A DNA stretch of 64,000 bases from Lama guanicoe. Its lineage: Eukaryota. The position numbers were made by a program, and so were the translations under genes. Location: assembly GCA_013239625.1 (NCBI GenBank), contig MU053513.1, positions 82,370 to 146,369 of the forward strand. Reading direction: 5' to 3'. The notes under the pieces are model-generated. The model did not search any database, had not been told where the DNA came from, and saw nothing but the letters and a program-made list of their open reading frames with translations. Below, one piece after another: positions 39,462 through 52,100 of the stretch. Position 1 is the stretch's first letter. Every line of letters begins with the position of its first letter.

Positions 39462-40025
39462 CATTATCAGTTATCTATTGCTTTATAACAAACTAACCCT
39501 CAAATAAGTAGTCAGAGATGTGTTTTATGTTGTCTTGTAGGTTGACTGTGCTCAGCTACGTTCTTCTATTCCGTATCATGTCAGTTGAGACCACACATAC
39601 TTCCTTTACTTGGGAACCCAGCTGAGGCTGGAACGCGTGGGTTGGCTTCACTCACTGGTGGACTTCACTCATTGATGGGCTTCACCCATTGGTGGGCTTC
39701 ACCCTCCACTGCAGTGAACAGAATGTCTAGAACCTTCCATATGGAAGCTTCTCTCTCCATGGTTATGGAACTGGGAAGAACTCATCCAGTAATCTATCCT
39801 GAGATTCTTTCCATGGAGGCTAGATCCCAAGAGGATAAAAAACAGAAGCTTCCTTGACCTGGAAATTGTGTAGTGTCAGATTCACAGCATCCCATTGGTG
39901 CAAGAAAATTACAGGGAAAGCCCACACTCAAAGGGTCGAGAAATAAATTTAATCTTTTGATGGAAAGAGCAGCCTGCATGTTCAGTGGGATGAAGGGCAC
40001 CCATTTATACGAATAATCTACTATC
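39462..40025 (-). mobile_element. MaLR LTR (MLT1H/I/J-like)
   Basis: tcagttatctattgctttataacaaactaaccctcaaa start; cccattggtgcaag...aagcccacactcaaaggg...cttttgatggaaagagc. Confidence 0.8.
39644..39704. repeat. 17-bp minisatellite, ~3.6 copies
   Basis: ggcttcactcactggtg / gacttcactcattgatg / ggcttcacccattggtg / ggcttcaccc. Confidence 0.9.
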
Positions 40026-43006
40026 TTGCCCTTTTAAGATTATGGGACGATGGAAATACATTTCTAATAAACACTAATGCAGCTAACATGCACAACTAAA
40101 GAATCTCAAGTTTCAAAAGAAAAATGTTCTATCATTTTGTCCAAATTTTGTTGGGCCAACTGTTACCTACTGGATTTTTTTTAGAAAGTTTGATTCAAAT
40201 GTGATCTGCAACATGGAGTTTCATAAATATTTGAAGTTATTTTGTGATAAGGTTAATCAGTTTAGGTTGTGTAAAAATGGGTTCATTAAATAAAGATCAT
40301 ATACATGATAAAATACCAAGTATATACATTTCTAGCATTCACATCTACCCTCTCTCCACCTTTTTTTAAATCAGGAATGTCATCCATAAGAGACAAAGAA
40401 AGACACACTAAAAGAGGTTAATACCAATTATACATTTACAGCTTATTACACACAGTTCAAACTAATACGGATACAACATCATTTACAGTTGGAAACTGTG
40501 GCTAAAGAAATTAATCTGCTCTGCATGGAACTTGGTTTATTTAATCAATGTTGCTTCCACTAGAAAAGTGGATTAGTTATTCTTTAAGACAGAGTTAAAA
40601 GTTTTGCAGCTAATTTATTTTAATAAGTATTCTTACTGACGGCTCCAGAAAAAGGTGGGGGAGGGGATGCGCTAAACTGTAACGAAGCACCGGGAAAGAA
40701 AGCATGACTTAATTATTTTTCTAGGGTGGATAATGAATAAATTAACCACACTGCCAGGTTGCCACTTGTATAGAATTTATTATTTTTTTTCTTTAAGAAC
40801 CATATCATGACAAACTCAATTTTTCTCCTGACTGCAAGCTGATTGATGGAGCAGTGTCTGGCTGCGAAAGACTTCCTCTTCATCATTGTTTCGGCGATGT
40901 TGATATCGTAAAGAGAGTTTGAAGTTTTCTTGAGTTCATGCTCTCCTATGTAATTACAAATGACAAGTATGTTAACTCTTTTTTACAAGCTGTCTAATCA
41001 TGTAAGTTACAAAATGAATAACTTATATGGGACCAAATGTAAACATGATCTGGGGGTTCACGCTTATGATGACTTTTCTTGAAGGATCGCAGAGCCATGC
41101 TGGAAAACTTACACCTCCACTTGGGAGGAGACGTGAGTGCGCCTTGTAGGGTATTACTTTTTTATGTGAAATGTGGCAAATCAAGTTTCTAGGCTAGAGA
41201 AATCGATTTATAATTTTTTAAGAAGTGTTTTAAACCATACTGGTGACCTATAAATTGAAAAATGAGCATGTGTTTCCTGTTGGAATCTTTAAAATATTCT
41301 GTATTTTTCTACTAAAATGTTTGCATGTTTAATAAGATAGATATATCTATGTATTAAGTGTTTTTATTTAATAGATTTAACCTTGCTTTCAGTTTATACC
41401 TCAGATACCAGCTCCTAAGTTGGGTAGGTGAAGTTATGTTGCACATGACACTGAAGTAGCACATAGAAAATGGAAATAATCACTAAGTCCAAACTCAGCA
41501 TTGCAAAACGCAGTACCCAGAAACACTGTCAAGCACTCAAAGGGCTTGGTGGTTAAGTATCAAGAAAGTCTAGGAAAGAAGATACACAGATAACTCTGTC
41601 CTTTCTGTTAATTTGTTTATTTTTGAACAATCTTTAAGTAGCACTTTTAATCAATTAAAGAGATACTAAATTCTTGTCTCTTTATAAAGTGATTTTACCC
41701 AACTCATATTTTCTCACAAAGGCAAACTAAGTGTGATTGTGCAACAGGTATGAAGTCAACCATCTGTACAATTATTTTATTTAATATTGTTCTTATTAAA
41801 TTTAAGAAACATAAATCTTTTAATCCCCACAGTTGTCTGAATCTTTTGAGCCAATTTCTTATCTTATAAAGGTATTTTCATAAAATAATGTATTTACAAA
41901 GTTTAAACTTCATGGTCAATGTATTACAAAGAAATGCAAGTGTTATGTGCATATCCCATAATTAGTTGAATTGTTACAATACTTTTTTACTCCACCATAG
42001 ATAGAGTGAGGCTTTTTGAATGCAAAAAGCAATTACATATATACATACCATTAAACATATGTGCAAACCAAATACACACAATCATACATACAAAAGGACA
42101 TCTTGAAAATGTATTATCTGTGTCCATTTATTCCAGTTTCTATATTTTACTCTGTATTAACAGCAAAACCTAATATACTGACTTTAATTGAATACTATCC
42201 ACAGCACTACATTTCCCTGATAATTATACCTTACAAGTAATGATTTTTAAGTTACACAAAAATGCAATATCCTCTTTGACAACAGTAGTGTCTAGTGATG
42301 TGAGAAGCCTGTATTAAATATGGACAGTGGTGATAAAGACACGGGGGACACTTTTAGGTCTGTGTCTATTATTGGGACCTAGACGAAGATTGACAATGTC
42401 ACCAGTATCTCAAACTAACTCAATGATTTAATTAAACCCTTATGAAAATCTCCACCTGAGAATGTGCACCATTTTCCAAGAATTAAAATGACATTACTCT
42501 GGAATTAGGGGATCATTTTTAGTTATCTGATATCTATCTTTCTGCACCCACAACCCCGTTCATCCCTGAGTATCTGAAGTGCTCTAAAAAGTCAGGTTGG
42601 TTCAACGATATTTTTTTGGATCACAGTTCTGGGGGAAGGTGTTTCTTGGCTCTTGATTTTCTCTCTTGGACATGCCTCCACTTTCTTTAAAGCAAACACC
42701 CCACTTTCAGGCTCACATTTGATATCTTTGCTCTCAGATTTGTTTTCTCTCTTTTATTTATTCTTTCCTTCCCAGAGAAGGTACCAAATTAGAAGAAACA
42801 AACAAGCCAACACAAAAAGCTAAGGGGGATAAAAAAATCAGTTTTAGAATGTTAAATGCCAAGTCTGTAAAATTAAAGGTGAAAAGCTACCACATCACAA
42901 TTTAATGCATACAGACTATTTTATAATAAACTAAATGCCTGTTCACAGAAGTAAGACTAAAAATCTGAGACAAAGTTGGTGATATAATTGACAACAGGAG
43001 AGAAAT

Positions 43007-43184
43007 TAGGACTGGTTACATAATTTGTCCATAATAGTGCAAGATGAAAAAGCAGAGCATCTTTTTCACAAAATATTAGGAAGTTTGAAACAATAAGATC
43101 ACAGTAGTAAGTCAAGCGTGGGGGCCATCTAAGGGCCCTGTGCTTTGTGACTACAGAAATCGTGTGCCCAAGAAGCAGGCGCTG
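43007..43184 (-). mobile_element. MER45A-like non-autonomous hAT DNA transposon
   Basis: aggactggttacataatttg...agtgcaagatgaaaa...aagcgtgggggcc...tcgtgtgcccaagaagcaggcgctg follows the recalled MER45A antisense consensus over its whole length. Confidence 0.8.
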
Positions 43185-44289
43185 ATAAAACCTTTACCTT
43201 ATAACGTCACGTTTTTCTACTGTGATTAGTGAGGAAAATTGTATATAAAAGAGGATTAATTAGGTAGTTAAAATAATATGTAGGCCTTATTCTAGTAGCT
43301 AATGACATGAAAAAAAATTGTAAGTTTGATTTTTCTTTTCCAAAACCTCGCATGGAAATCTGTTTCATTCTACTTAGCATTGGGTCTTTGCCCACAAGCT
43401 TCTCTATGGACTAAGTCTATTTTTGCCTTTTCTTTCATGGAACGGATACCTTTTCTTATCTATTTTCCTTCACGTGGAGGAACTCCTTTGGCTTCATTGA
43501 TGAGTATAGAAAGCCTTGAATAACTTTGGGTACCTCCAGGAAAATGAGGCTCTTCATAGTGCTTCAATTAGAAAGCTGTGCTTTTTATATCTCAAGATCA
43601 CCCTCAGAAATTTGATTTTATTTTAGCTTTAGACTTTGGAATCAAAAAGTATAAACGTACTTTCTTACTATTCTAGGTAAAAGATAAAAAGGATTCTCTT
43701 TTAATTTAAAGAATAGAACTACTTTTTAAAGTGTTTATTTCCTTAAAAAAAATCCAATACAAATGAGGTTTGTAATTCAATAAAGAATGCAAGTTTTGTT
43801 TAAAATTCCTGCAAACTACTGGACCTGCTATGCTTTTGGTTTTATGAATATATTTATTTTTAAAAAATACAATTAGGGAACCTCAAATGCAAGACCCTTC
43901 TGCTTGAATTTAAAATTTTTCATTTACTAAAAATAACATCCTTTTAGTTAGGAAATTCATTTTAGAGGAGGTCACATTATAATCACTAAATTGCATTATT
44001 TACTGAGACTTGCTTTGTTAGAGATCTCAACTAAATTTTTCAGTTTAACGGAAGAAATTTTAGTTTTTAAAATATTTCTTGTGATTGTTGTTTTAAAGAG
44101 AATATCTGTATAATGTAAGATATCCCCAGTTTAAAAGCAGATCTTTTCTGATGCTGGAAAACAAGTAATTTTAAAGTTTAGCTATTATTTTTCTTAGAAA
44201 CACAATAATAAAGAATGTCATTTTGGATTTCTAAAAATTTTACTCCAAATCAAACATATAAAGTTGTGAGAATAGAAAAAATGACTACT

Positions 44290-44990
44290 GTAAATTTTAC
44301 ATTGTTTTACATACCACAATACAATAATCACAATCGGAAATATAACATTAATAAAATATGATAATCTAATCCACAGTCTAGATTCAAGTTTTATCAACTG
44401 TTTTAATAATGTCCTTTTATAGATTATTTTTGTTTCTAGACTCCAATCTAGGATCAGGCATTGTACTTAATTTTCATGACTATTTTATTCCTTTATTTCT
44501 CAAACAATTCCTCAGCCCTTCTTTATCTTTTTTGACCTTGACTTTTTAAAAATAATGTGGGCCATTTATTCTATAAAATGACCTTATTTCGAGTTTGTGT
44601 GATGTTTCCCTATGAATAGATCTAGGTTACATATTTCTGGCAGGAATACTACAGAGTAGAGGTGTCTTTCTGAGGTATCAGGGTGATAGGATGTTGATTT
44701 ATACCAAAATCAGAAATGATAATTTTGATCATTTGGTTCAGGTGGCAAGTGTTAGGTTTATCCACTATAAAATTACCATTTCTATTTTTGTGATCAATGT
44801 TTTCAGGGGAAACATTTGAAAGCTATGTAATTAATCTTTTCCTAATCAAATATTCACTTACTAGTTTTAGCTTTCATTGATGATATTAAAAATCCATCAT
44901 TCATTCAATATTTTTTTTGTTACTTTGTCATAAGAAAAAGGTTTTCTTATCCATCTTTTAGGTATGTATGTGTGTATATTAATGTGCCCA
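44290..44990 (-). mobile_element. L1MC4/5-like 3'UTR
   Basis: tccaatctaggatcaggcattg, gaccttgactttttaaaa, atttctggcaggaatactacag, tttgatcatttggtt. Confidence 0.78.
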
Positions 44991-45164
44991 AGTAATAGAG
45001 AAACATTAATCAGATGGTGTAGCATAACTGAGTCCCTCAACAAGCATTTATTTAATTTTACCAGCCTAGTTTAACAAACTATTAATAACAAAAGCTACTT
45101 TGGAATATAACAGTTTTTTTTATCATAATCAGAAATCTATAGCCATGGACAACACTGAAGAAAT

Positions 45165-45305
45165 AGTAGAAAGGAAAGGAGGAAGAACAGGATGGAGGGA
45201 GAGGATGGGTAAAGGGAAGAGAAGTGGAGAAGAAAGCAGGAGATAAGGAAAGGAGAGAAGGAAAGAGGCAAGAAAGCAAGATAAAAGATGGTGGAAAGAA
45301 GATGA
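45165..45305 (+). repeat. Purine-rich (GA) low-complexity tract
   Basis: Almost entirely G/A for ~140 bp. Confidence 0.8.
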
Positions 45306-45369
45306 CTTTTGTCCAGAAATCATCATTTCTATGATGTTTAATAAGAAGAATCCTCAAACAGGAAAAAAA

Positions 45370-45620
45370 ATAAATGAAGGGAGCACTCCAGGCAGAAGGA
45401 CCAGTGAGGATAGAGGGGCAGGCATACGTAGTGATGGTACCTGGAATATAAGGTGTGTTAGGAGGAGCAACAGGAGTTGTAGCTATGAACGTAGGATGGT
45501 GCCAGATGATGCAAGGCCTTGAATGTCAAGCTAAGGGGATTTTGCTTTCCTCCTCAGCAAATGGAAACTTTACAAAGCTGTTTATGAGGGGACTGATGTA
45601 GGTCACATCTGTGTATTTTT
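45370..45620 (-). mobile_element. L2 fragment
   Basis: gagcactccaggcagaaggaccag...ggccttgaatgtcaagctaaggggatttg. Confidence 0.75.
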
Positions 45621-45629
45621 TGTCTTCGA

Positions 45630-46208
45630 TTATTTTTTTGACTCGGTATTTTTATGCATTGTAAAATGATCAGCACAGTAAATTTAGTTGTTATCTGTCA
45701 ACATACAAGTTTGCTACATTATTATTTGCTATATTCCCTATGTCATACATTACATCTTTGCAACTTACTGATTTTATAACTGCTAGTTTATACTTCTTAA
45801 TCTCTCTTACCTATTTCACTCATCCCCTCAATCCCCTCCCTCTGGCAACAACCAGTTTGTACTCTGTACCTCTGCGTTTGCTTCTGTTTTGTTGTTTGTT
45901 CATTTGTGTTTGATTCCACGTATAATGGAAATCATATGGTATTTGTCTTTCTCTGTCTGACTTATTTCACTTAGCCTAATACACTCTAGATCCAGCCATA
46001 CTTTTCCAAATGGCAAGATTTCATTCATTTTTATGGCTGAGTAATATCCCATTGTGTACCTACCTGTCTGTCTATCTACACCACATCTTCTTTATCCATT
46101 TATCTATTCTTGGACACTTAGGTTGCTTCCATATTTTGGCTATTGTAAATAGTACTGCAGTGAACATAGGGATGCATAGATCTTTTCAAATTAGTGTTTT
46201 TGTTTTCT
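45630..46208 (-). mobile_element. L1 3' end (L1MA-like)
   Basis: atcatatggtatttgtctttctctgtctgacttatttcacttagc; ggacacttaggttgcttccatattttggctattgtaaatag. Confidence 0.9.
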
Positions 46209-46719
46209 AGAAGACTAACTAGTAGTTAAGATTAAAGCTATCATTGAGTAATACTACTGCAATATTTTGTTGAATTAGTAGTAATTGTTAATTTTTTTGG
46301 ATATCTATGAAAATGAAATCACTTCTTCTGCTTTCCAACTCTTGCCTTTGAGACGATTGTCACCAGCTTCCTCACAATTTCAATCAGGCTAAGCTCCGGA
46401 GGCAGCAGAGTTGAAGAAGTTGTAGGTGTGAACTAATTCAAGGCGGATTATGCTATTAACAGCATAATCTGATAGGCTGAAGGGAAAGTCCTTGCATTTT
46501 TTTCTTTAGTTTAGTTATTATTTCCCCAATGTTCTGTTTTTTTAATTATAAAGGAATTAAATCTCTACATTCACATGAGGATACTTGGAAAATGTTAAGT
46601 ACTTCAATGAGGAAACATACTTTCCTAATTTATTGCTGTCTTCTTTAATAATAATTTTTCTATAATTTATTGACTATTTAAATGCACAAATTGTATACAA
46701 AATAGTTTACAAATATTAT

Positions 46720-47030
46720 CCTTTCCTTCAGTAAATATTTATCTAGAGTTTACTGTGGGATGGGCACTCATGTAAGGGGCTGGTAACATATGGTAACAAA
46801 ATAGTTATGCTTTCCATTCTTGTGGAGTTGACGTTTAATTGGAGAGATTATGCTGCTGATAGTCAGCTGGGGAGAGACTAACCATAAACAGTTATGTAAA
46901 CAAGATGATTCTAAATCCAGAAGAAAAAGAAGAATGTGGAAGAAGAGGAGATAGAAGCCTCTAGCTATTATTATAGTGAGGGGAACCATTCTTTCTGTTG
47001 GCTCATCAGGGGTGGCTTTTTGAGGTGAGG
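46720..47030 (-). mobile_element. L2 3' fragment
   Basis: ttcagtaaatatttatctagagtttactg; tcagggggtggctttttgaggtgaggtgcatctttgag. Confidence 0.6.
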
Positions 47031-47049
47031 TGCATCTTTGAGGATCCTG

Positions 47050-47545
47050 GGATCTTCCCAGAAACAGCAACTTGCTTTAGGGAACTTAATCAAAAAAAAA
47101 AAAAGGATTGTATTTGGATAGCTAAAAGAAGTAATGAGAATTCTGAAGAACCAGTCTTAGAAAACAATAAAATGGAAAAAGACTAGAAAGCAGGGGACAT
47201 TGCTTAAGTCACACCACAGTGCTGTCTGTGGCTAGGAGGCACGTCTGGTGATGTGGCTGCTGAATCCTTGATTCCAGCTCTACACCACTGCCACTATTGC
47301 AAATAATCCCTAAGTATTCCCCCATCTTCGTGTAACTTCCTCATACTCAGAATCCTAGATGAAAGCATCCGATTGTTGCAGTCAAATTTTAATGCCCATA
47401 CTCTGCTTACCAGGGAGCAAGGAGGAGGAATATTTGTTGCTTTCACCCTCCCCTTTATTGTGTGCATTGGAGTCTAGTCATCAGTCAAGATTTATACAAT
47501 ATGAGATTTTGCCAAATTGAGAGTTTAGATATTGGCAGCAAAAAA
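47050..47545 (-). mobile_element. Old MaLR LTR (MLT1K/L-like)
   Basis: aacttaatcaaaaaaa...ggatagct; gaaagcatccgattg...tgccca...gcttaccaggg. Confidence 0.5.
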
Positions 47546-47828
47546 AAAATTGTACTCATTATTTGTTGACACTTGAGCTATAATTTAGATGTAGAAAATC
47601 ACTATCATTCAGAGGTTAGAAATAAGTAGATGAAACAACAAATATAAAGGCAAGAATGAGATTGAATCATTCAAAAACCAAAAATAGAGACCAAGAGCTT
47701 ATAGAACAATACATGCTGTTTTGGAGATACCCTTAATCATATCTATATCTAATATTGAAAGAGCATTTTTAATAAGAATTATAATATTCTTGGATTAGTT
47801 TAAAATTATATTAAAATATTTTATTTTG

Positions 47829-48271
47829 TACTCAGCCATGAAAAAGAATAAAATAATGCCATTTGCAGCAACATGGATGGACCTGGAGATTGTCATATTA
47901 AGTGAAGTAAGCCAGAGAGAGAAAGAAAAATAACACATAATTTCACTTATATGCGGAACCCCCCCCCAAAAAAAAGACACAAATGATCTTATTTACAGGA
48001 CAGAAACAGACTCACAGACACAGAAAACAAACTTATGGTTACTAGAGGGGAAAGGGGGGTGGGTGGGGAGATAAACTGGGAGTTCAGGATTTGTAGATAC
48101 TACAAGGTCCTACTGTATAGCACAGGAAACTCTATTTAATATCTTGTAATAGCCTATAATGAAAAAGAATATGAAAAGGAATATATATATATGTATGTAC
48201 AACTGAATCACTATGCAGTACACCAGAAATTAATACAACATTGTGAACTGATTATACTTCAATAAAAAAAA
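47829..48271 (+). mobile_element. Short 5'-truncated L1 3' end with TSD
   Basis: tactcagccatgaaaaagaataaaataatgccatttgcagcaacatggatggacctggag...cttcaataaaaaaaa. Flanking repeat ttttattttg at 47819 and 48275. Confidence 0.93.
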
Positions 48272-49004
48272 GGTTTTTATTTTGAATCAATTGCAATCAT
48301 CTATTTGTGTTCACCTTTTGTCCAATAAACATGGCTAAAGCCATTAAAATTTTTATGTTAAATTATTTGTTTTAATACACTCTTGATTCCCCAGTATTTT
48401 ATTCATAAGTTAAAATCTATAGTCAAAAGAAAAATTGAAATTTAATTCTGTTAATGCTGTATCATTTTTAAGAATAATTTGAAATAGCCTAGTATTGTAA
48501 AATCTTTTGAAAATATTTCATTGTTTATGATCTGGGACAAATTACATAGTATGGCATATATATGTATATATATTTTTAATTTGAAAACAATTTCCCAACT
48601 ATCTGTGTGCAGCTTCCGTATTTTAATTCATATATCTCATTGACTACTGACTGGGAGTGACTGACAGGTATGAGCTCAAGTGGCACCTTCCTATATCCCC
48701 CCAGGCAGAGCTTAAGGGAGCTTCAGGTGCCTGTAGGAGTCACAGAATACGTTTCGGGACCTCCAAACTCGCTCTACTTTTAGTAGTACTATTACTGCTA
48801 TTGTGTCAGGATTTGAGCTTTCAGAAATGGCCATATGTCTTGCTTGACCTGGATCTACTGACTGACTTAACTGAGGTCCTTGAGAGGAATACTGCCAGCT
48901 AGATGAGCATGCTGGCAACTGATTCCAAAATAATTAGACAGTTGATTAATCACTTCCTTCACTGACTGATACACTAATTCAGCCATAATTTATGAAACTT
49001 CTTT

Positions 49005-49145
49005 CTACTGCATGAGTGTAGTCATGGAGTCTGACTGTCTCAAATTGATTCCTGACCGAATGCTTACTACCCCTGTGCCCTTGGGAAAAGTACTTAACTT
49101 CACAGAATCATTTTGTACATCACAAAAATGAAGCTAATAATTTCA
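49005..49145 (+). mobile_element. MIR SINE fragment
   Basis: tggagtctgactgtc...gcttactacccctgtgcccttgggaaaagtacttaacttc...aaaatgaagctaataat. Confidence 0.75.
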
Positions 49146-49169
49146 TCAAACTTTTAGAAGTTATTTTAT

Positions 49170-52100
49170 TTTTTAAATTAATATATGGTTAATTACACTT
49201 CTTTTAGGAATTTTAATACATGTATAACCTCTTTAAAAACCAGAATGTAGACCAGTTCCATACCATCCACTTTCCCTGTCATCCCTCTGTATTCATATGG
49301 TACCTTCACAGTGAACTCCTGACAACCACTGATCTTTTTTATAATCTGGTATTTTTTAGGACATTACATAAATGTCCAAATGGAGTTATACAATATATAA
49401 ACTTTTGAGACTGGCTTTTTCATTTAGCATAGCCTTTAAGTTTCATATAGTTTGTTGTATGCATCAATAATTTTTTCCTTTATTTTTGATAGATGAGTAG
49501 TATTCCATTGTTTGGATGTACCACAATTTAAAAAATCCATTAGATCATTGAAGGACATTTTAGTTGTTTCCATCTTTAGGTGATTTTCAGTAGATCTCTT
49601 ATAAATGTTCATGTGCAAACATAAGTTTTTATTTCTTCAGAGTAAATATATCTACAAGAGAAATTGGATGGACCATACTGATGGGCCAAACTGCTTTTCA
49701 GAGAGGCTGTGACATTTTACATTCCCACCAGAAATGTGTGAGAGTTTCTTTCCATTCTCCTTAGCATTTGATATTGACATCATCTTTTTTTTTAAGACAT
49801 TCTAATAGGTATCACGATATCTCATCATAATTTACTTTGCATTGACCTAATGGCTAATGATGCTGAACATCTTTTCATATACTTGTTCATTATCCATATA
49901 TTCTCTTTTGTAAAGTGTTGGTTCAAGTTTCTTGCTTATTTTTAGTTGGGTTGTTCAATATTTTGCTGTTAAATTCTTTTAATAAATAAGCTTTCTTTTT
50001 GAGAGGAGTTTAAGAGTCACAGAAAAATTGAGTGGAAAATACAGAGTTCCCACATACCATGTCCCTACACTAACACAGCCTCTTCCACTATCATTATTCC
50101 CATGACAGTGGTGCCATTATTACATTTGGTGAACCTACATAGACACGGCTTTATCACCCAAAGTCCATAATTTACCTTAGGGTTCATTCTTGGTGTTGTA
50201 CATTCTGTGGGTTTTGAAAAATGTCTAATGATGTATATCCACCCCTGTGGTATCACACAGAATATTTTTAGTGTCCTAGAAATCCTCTCTGCTCTGCCTA
50301 TTTGTCCCTTCCTTCCATTAACCTCTGACAAACACTAATACTTTTACTGACTCCATGGTTTTGCCTTTTCCAAAATGCCAGATAGTTGGAATCATACAGT
50401 AGGTGCCCTTTATCAATTTGCTTCAATAGTTAGTAATATGCATTTAAGTGTTCTCCATGACTTTTCATGGCTTGAAATCTCATTTCTTTTTAGTGCTAAA
50501 TAATATTCTATTTACTAGCTGAACTGCAGTTTATTTATTCATTCACCTACTGAAGGACATCATGGTTGCTTTCAAGTTTTGGCAGTTATGAATAAAGCCA
50601 CAATAAGCATCCATGTGCAGGTTTTTATAAGGGCATAAGTTTTCAGGTCTTTTGGGTAAGTACCGAGAAGCATGATGACTAAATCATAGGGCAAGAGCAT
50701 GATTAGATTTGTGAGAAACCATCAGTTGTCTTCTAAAGCAGCCATGCTATTGCATAGCCCCACCAGCAAAGGATGACAGTTCCTGTTTCTCCACATCCTC
50801 GTGAGCACTTGAGTTTGTCAGTCTTTGGATTCGTTCATCCTGATAGGTGTATAGAATCTTCTCAGTGTTGTTTTAATTTGCAGTTTCCTAACAACATAAG
50901 AGGTTGAACATCTTTTTATAGGCTTACTTTTCATATGAGTATCTTCTTTGGTGTAGTGTCTGTTAAAATCTTTGCCCCATTTGTAATTTGTTTGCTTAGT
51001 GTTGAATTTCAGAGTACTTTATATATTTTGGATAACAGTCTTTTTATCAGATATGTCTTTTGCAAATATTTTCTCCCAATCTGTGATCGTCTCCTCATTT
51101 TCTTGACAATGTCTTTTGCAGAGAAAGGAACTTCTAATTTTAATGAAATCTAGCTCATCAATTATTTCTTTCATGGATTGATTGTACCTTTGGAGTTGTA
51201 TCTAAAATGTCATTGGCGTACCCAAGGTCATCTAGGTTTTCTCTAATGTTATTTTCTTGTAATTTATTAGTTTGTGTTTTACACTTAGTATAGTTTGTAT
51301 TATTATTTTGTGTTAATCTTGTGATGGAGGTAAGGTCTGTATCCAGAATCATTTTATTTTACAAGTGGATGTCCAGTTGTTCCAGCAACATGTGTCCAAA
51401 AGCCTATCTTTTCTCCATTGTATTGGCTTTGCTCTTTGTCAAATACCAGTTAACTGTATTTATGTGTGCTCTGTATTTTCTGTTTCATTGAATTACATGT
51501 CTGTTCTTTCTCCAGTGCCACATTGTCTTGATTATTGTTGCTTTATAGTTCGTCTTAAAGTCACATAGTGTCAATCCTCTATGTTCTCCTTCAGTATTGA
51601 ATTGGCTCTTCTGGGTCTTTTTTTCTCTCCATATAAGTTTAAAATCAGCTTGTCAATTAGTGTCAAAGTTTTAGATTTCTTTATATGTGCAGATATATGT
51701 CCATTGTTGATTATAAACTTGCAAAGGTTTTCTCTCAGTGTAAAGGCTGTATTTTCATTCTTTTAGGAGTGCCTTTCTCAGAGTAAAATTTTTAATTTTG
51801 ATGAAGTCCAGGTTATCAATATTTTCTTTTATGCATCATGCTTATAGTGTAATATGGAGATTTTTCTCCTGTTTTCTAGTAATATTTAGGATTTTACATT
51901 TAGATCTAAAATTCATTAGATTTAATTTTTATAGGTTATGAGAATTAGGTTGAAGTTCATTATTTTGTTCATTATTTTGTACATTAATTTCAATTGTTTC
52001 CACATCATTTGTTGAAACGACTGTTCTTTACTTATTCACTTTTCCCAGAATTTTTTCAAAGGCAATGGAGCATATTTTTGTGTATCTATTAATGGAAACT

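Noticed and set aside
39644..39704. CRISPR-like array
   Set aside because: The units are contiguous with no spacers, and the context is a mammalian LTR.
40770..40950. Minus-strand coding exon (EHELKKTSNSLYDINIAETMM...)
   Set aside because: Weak acceptor, no clear donor and no recognisable protein. Better explained as a non-coding element.
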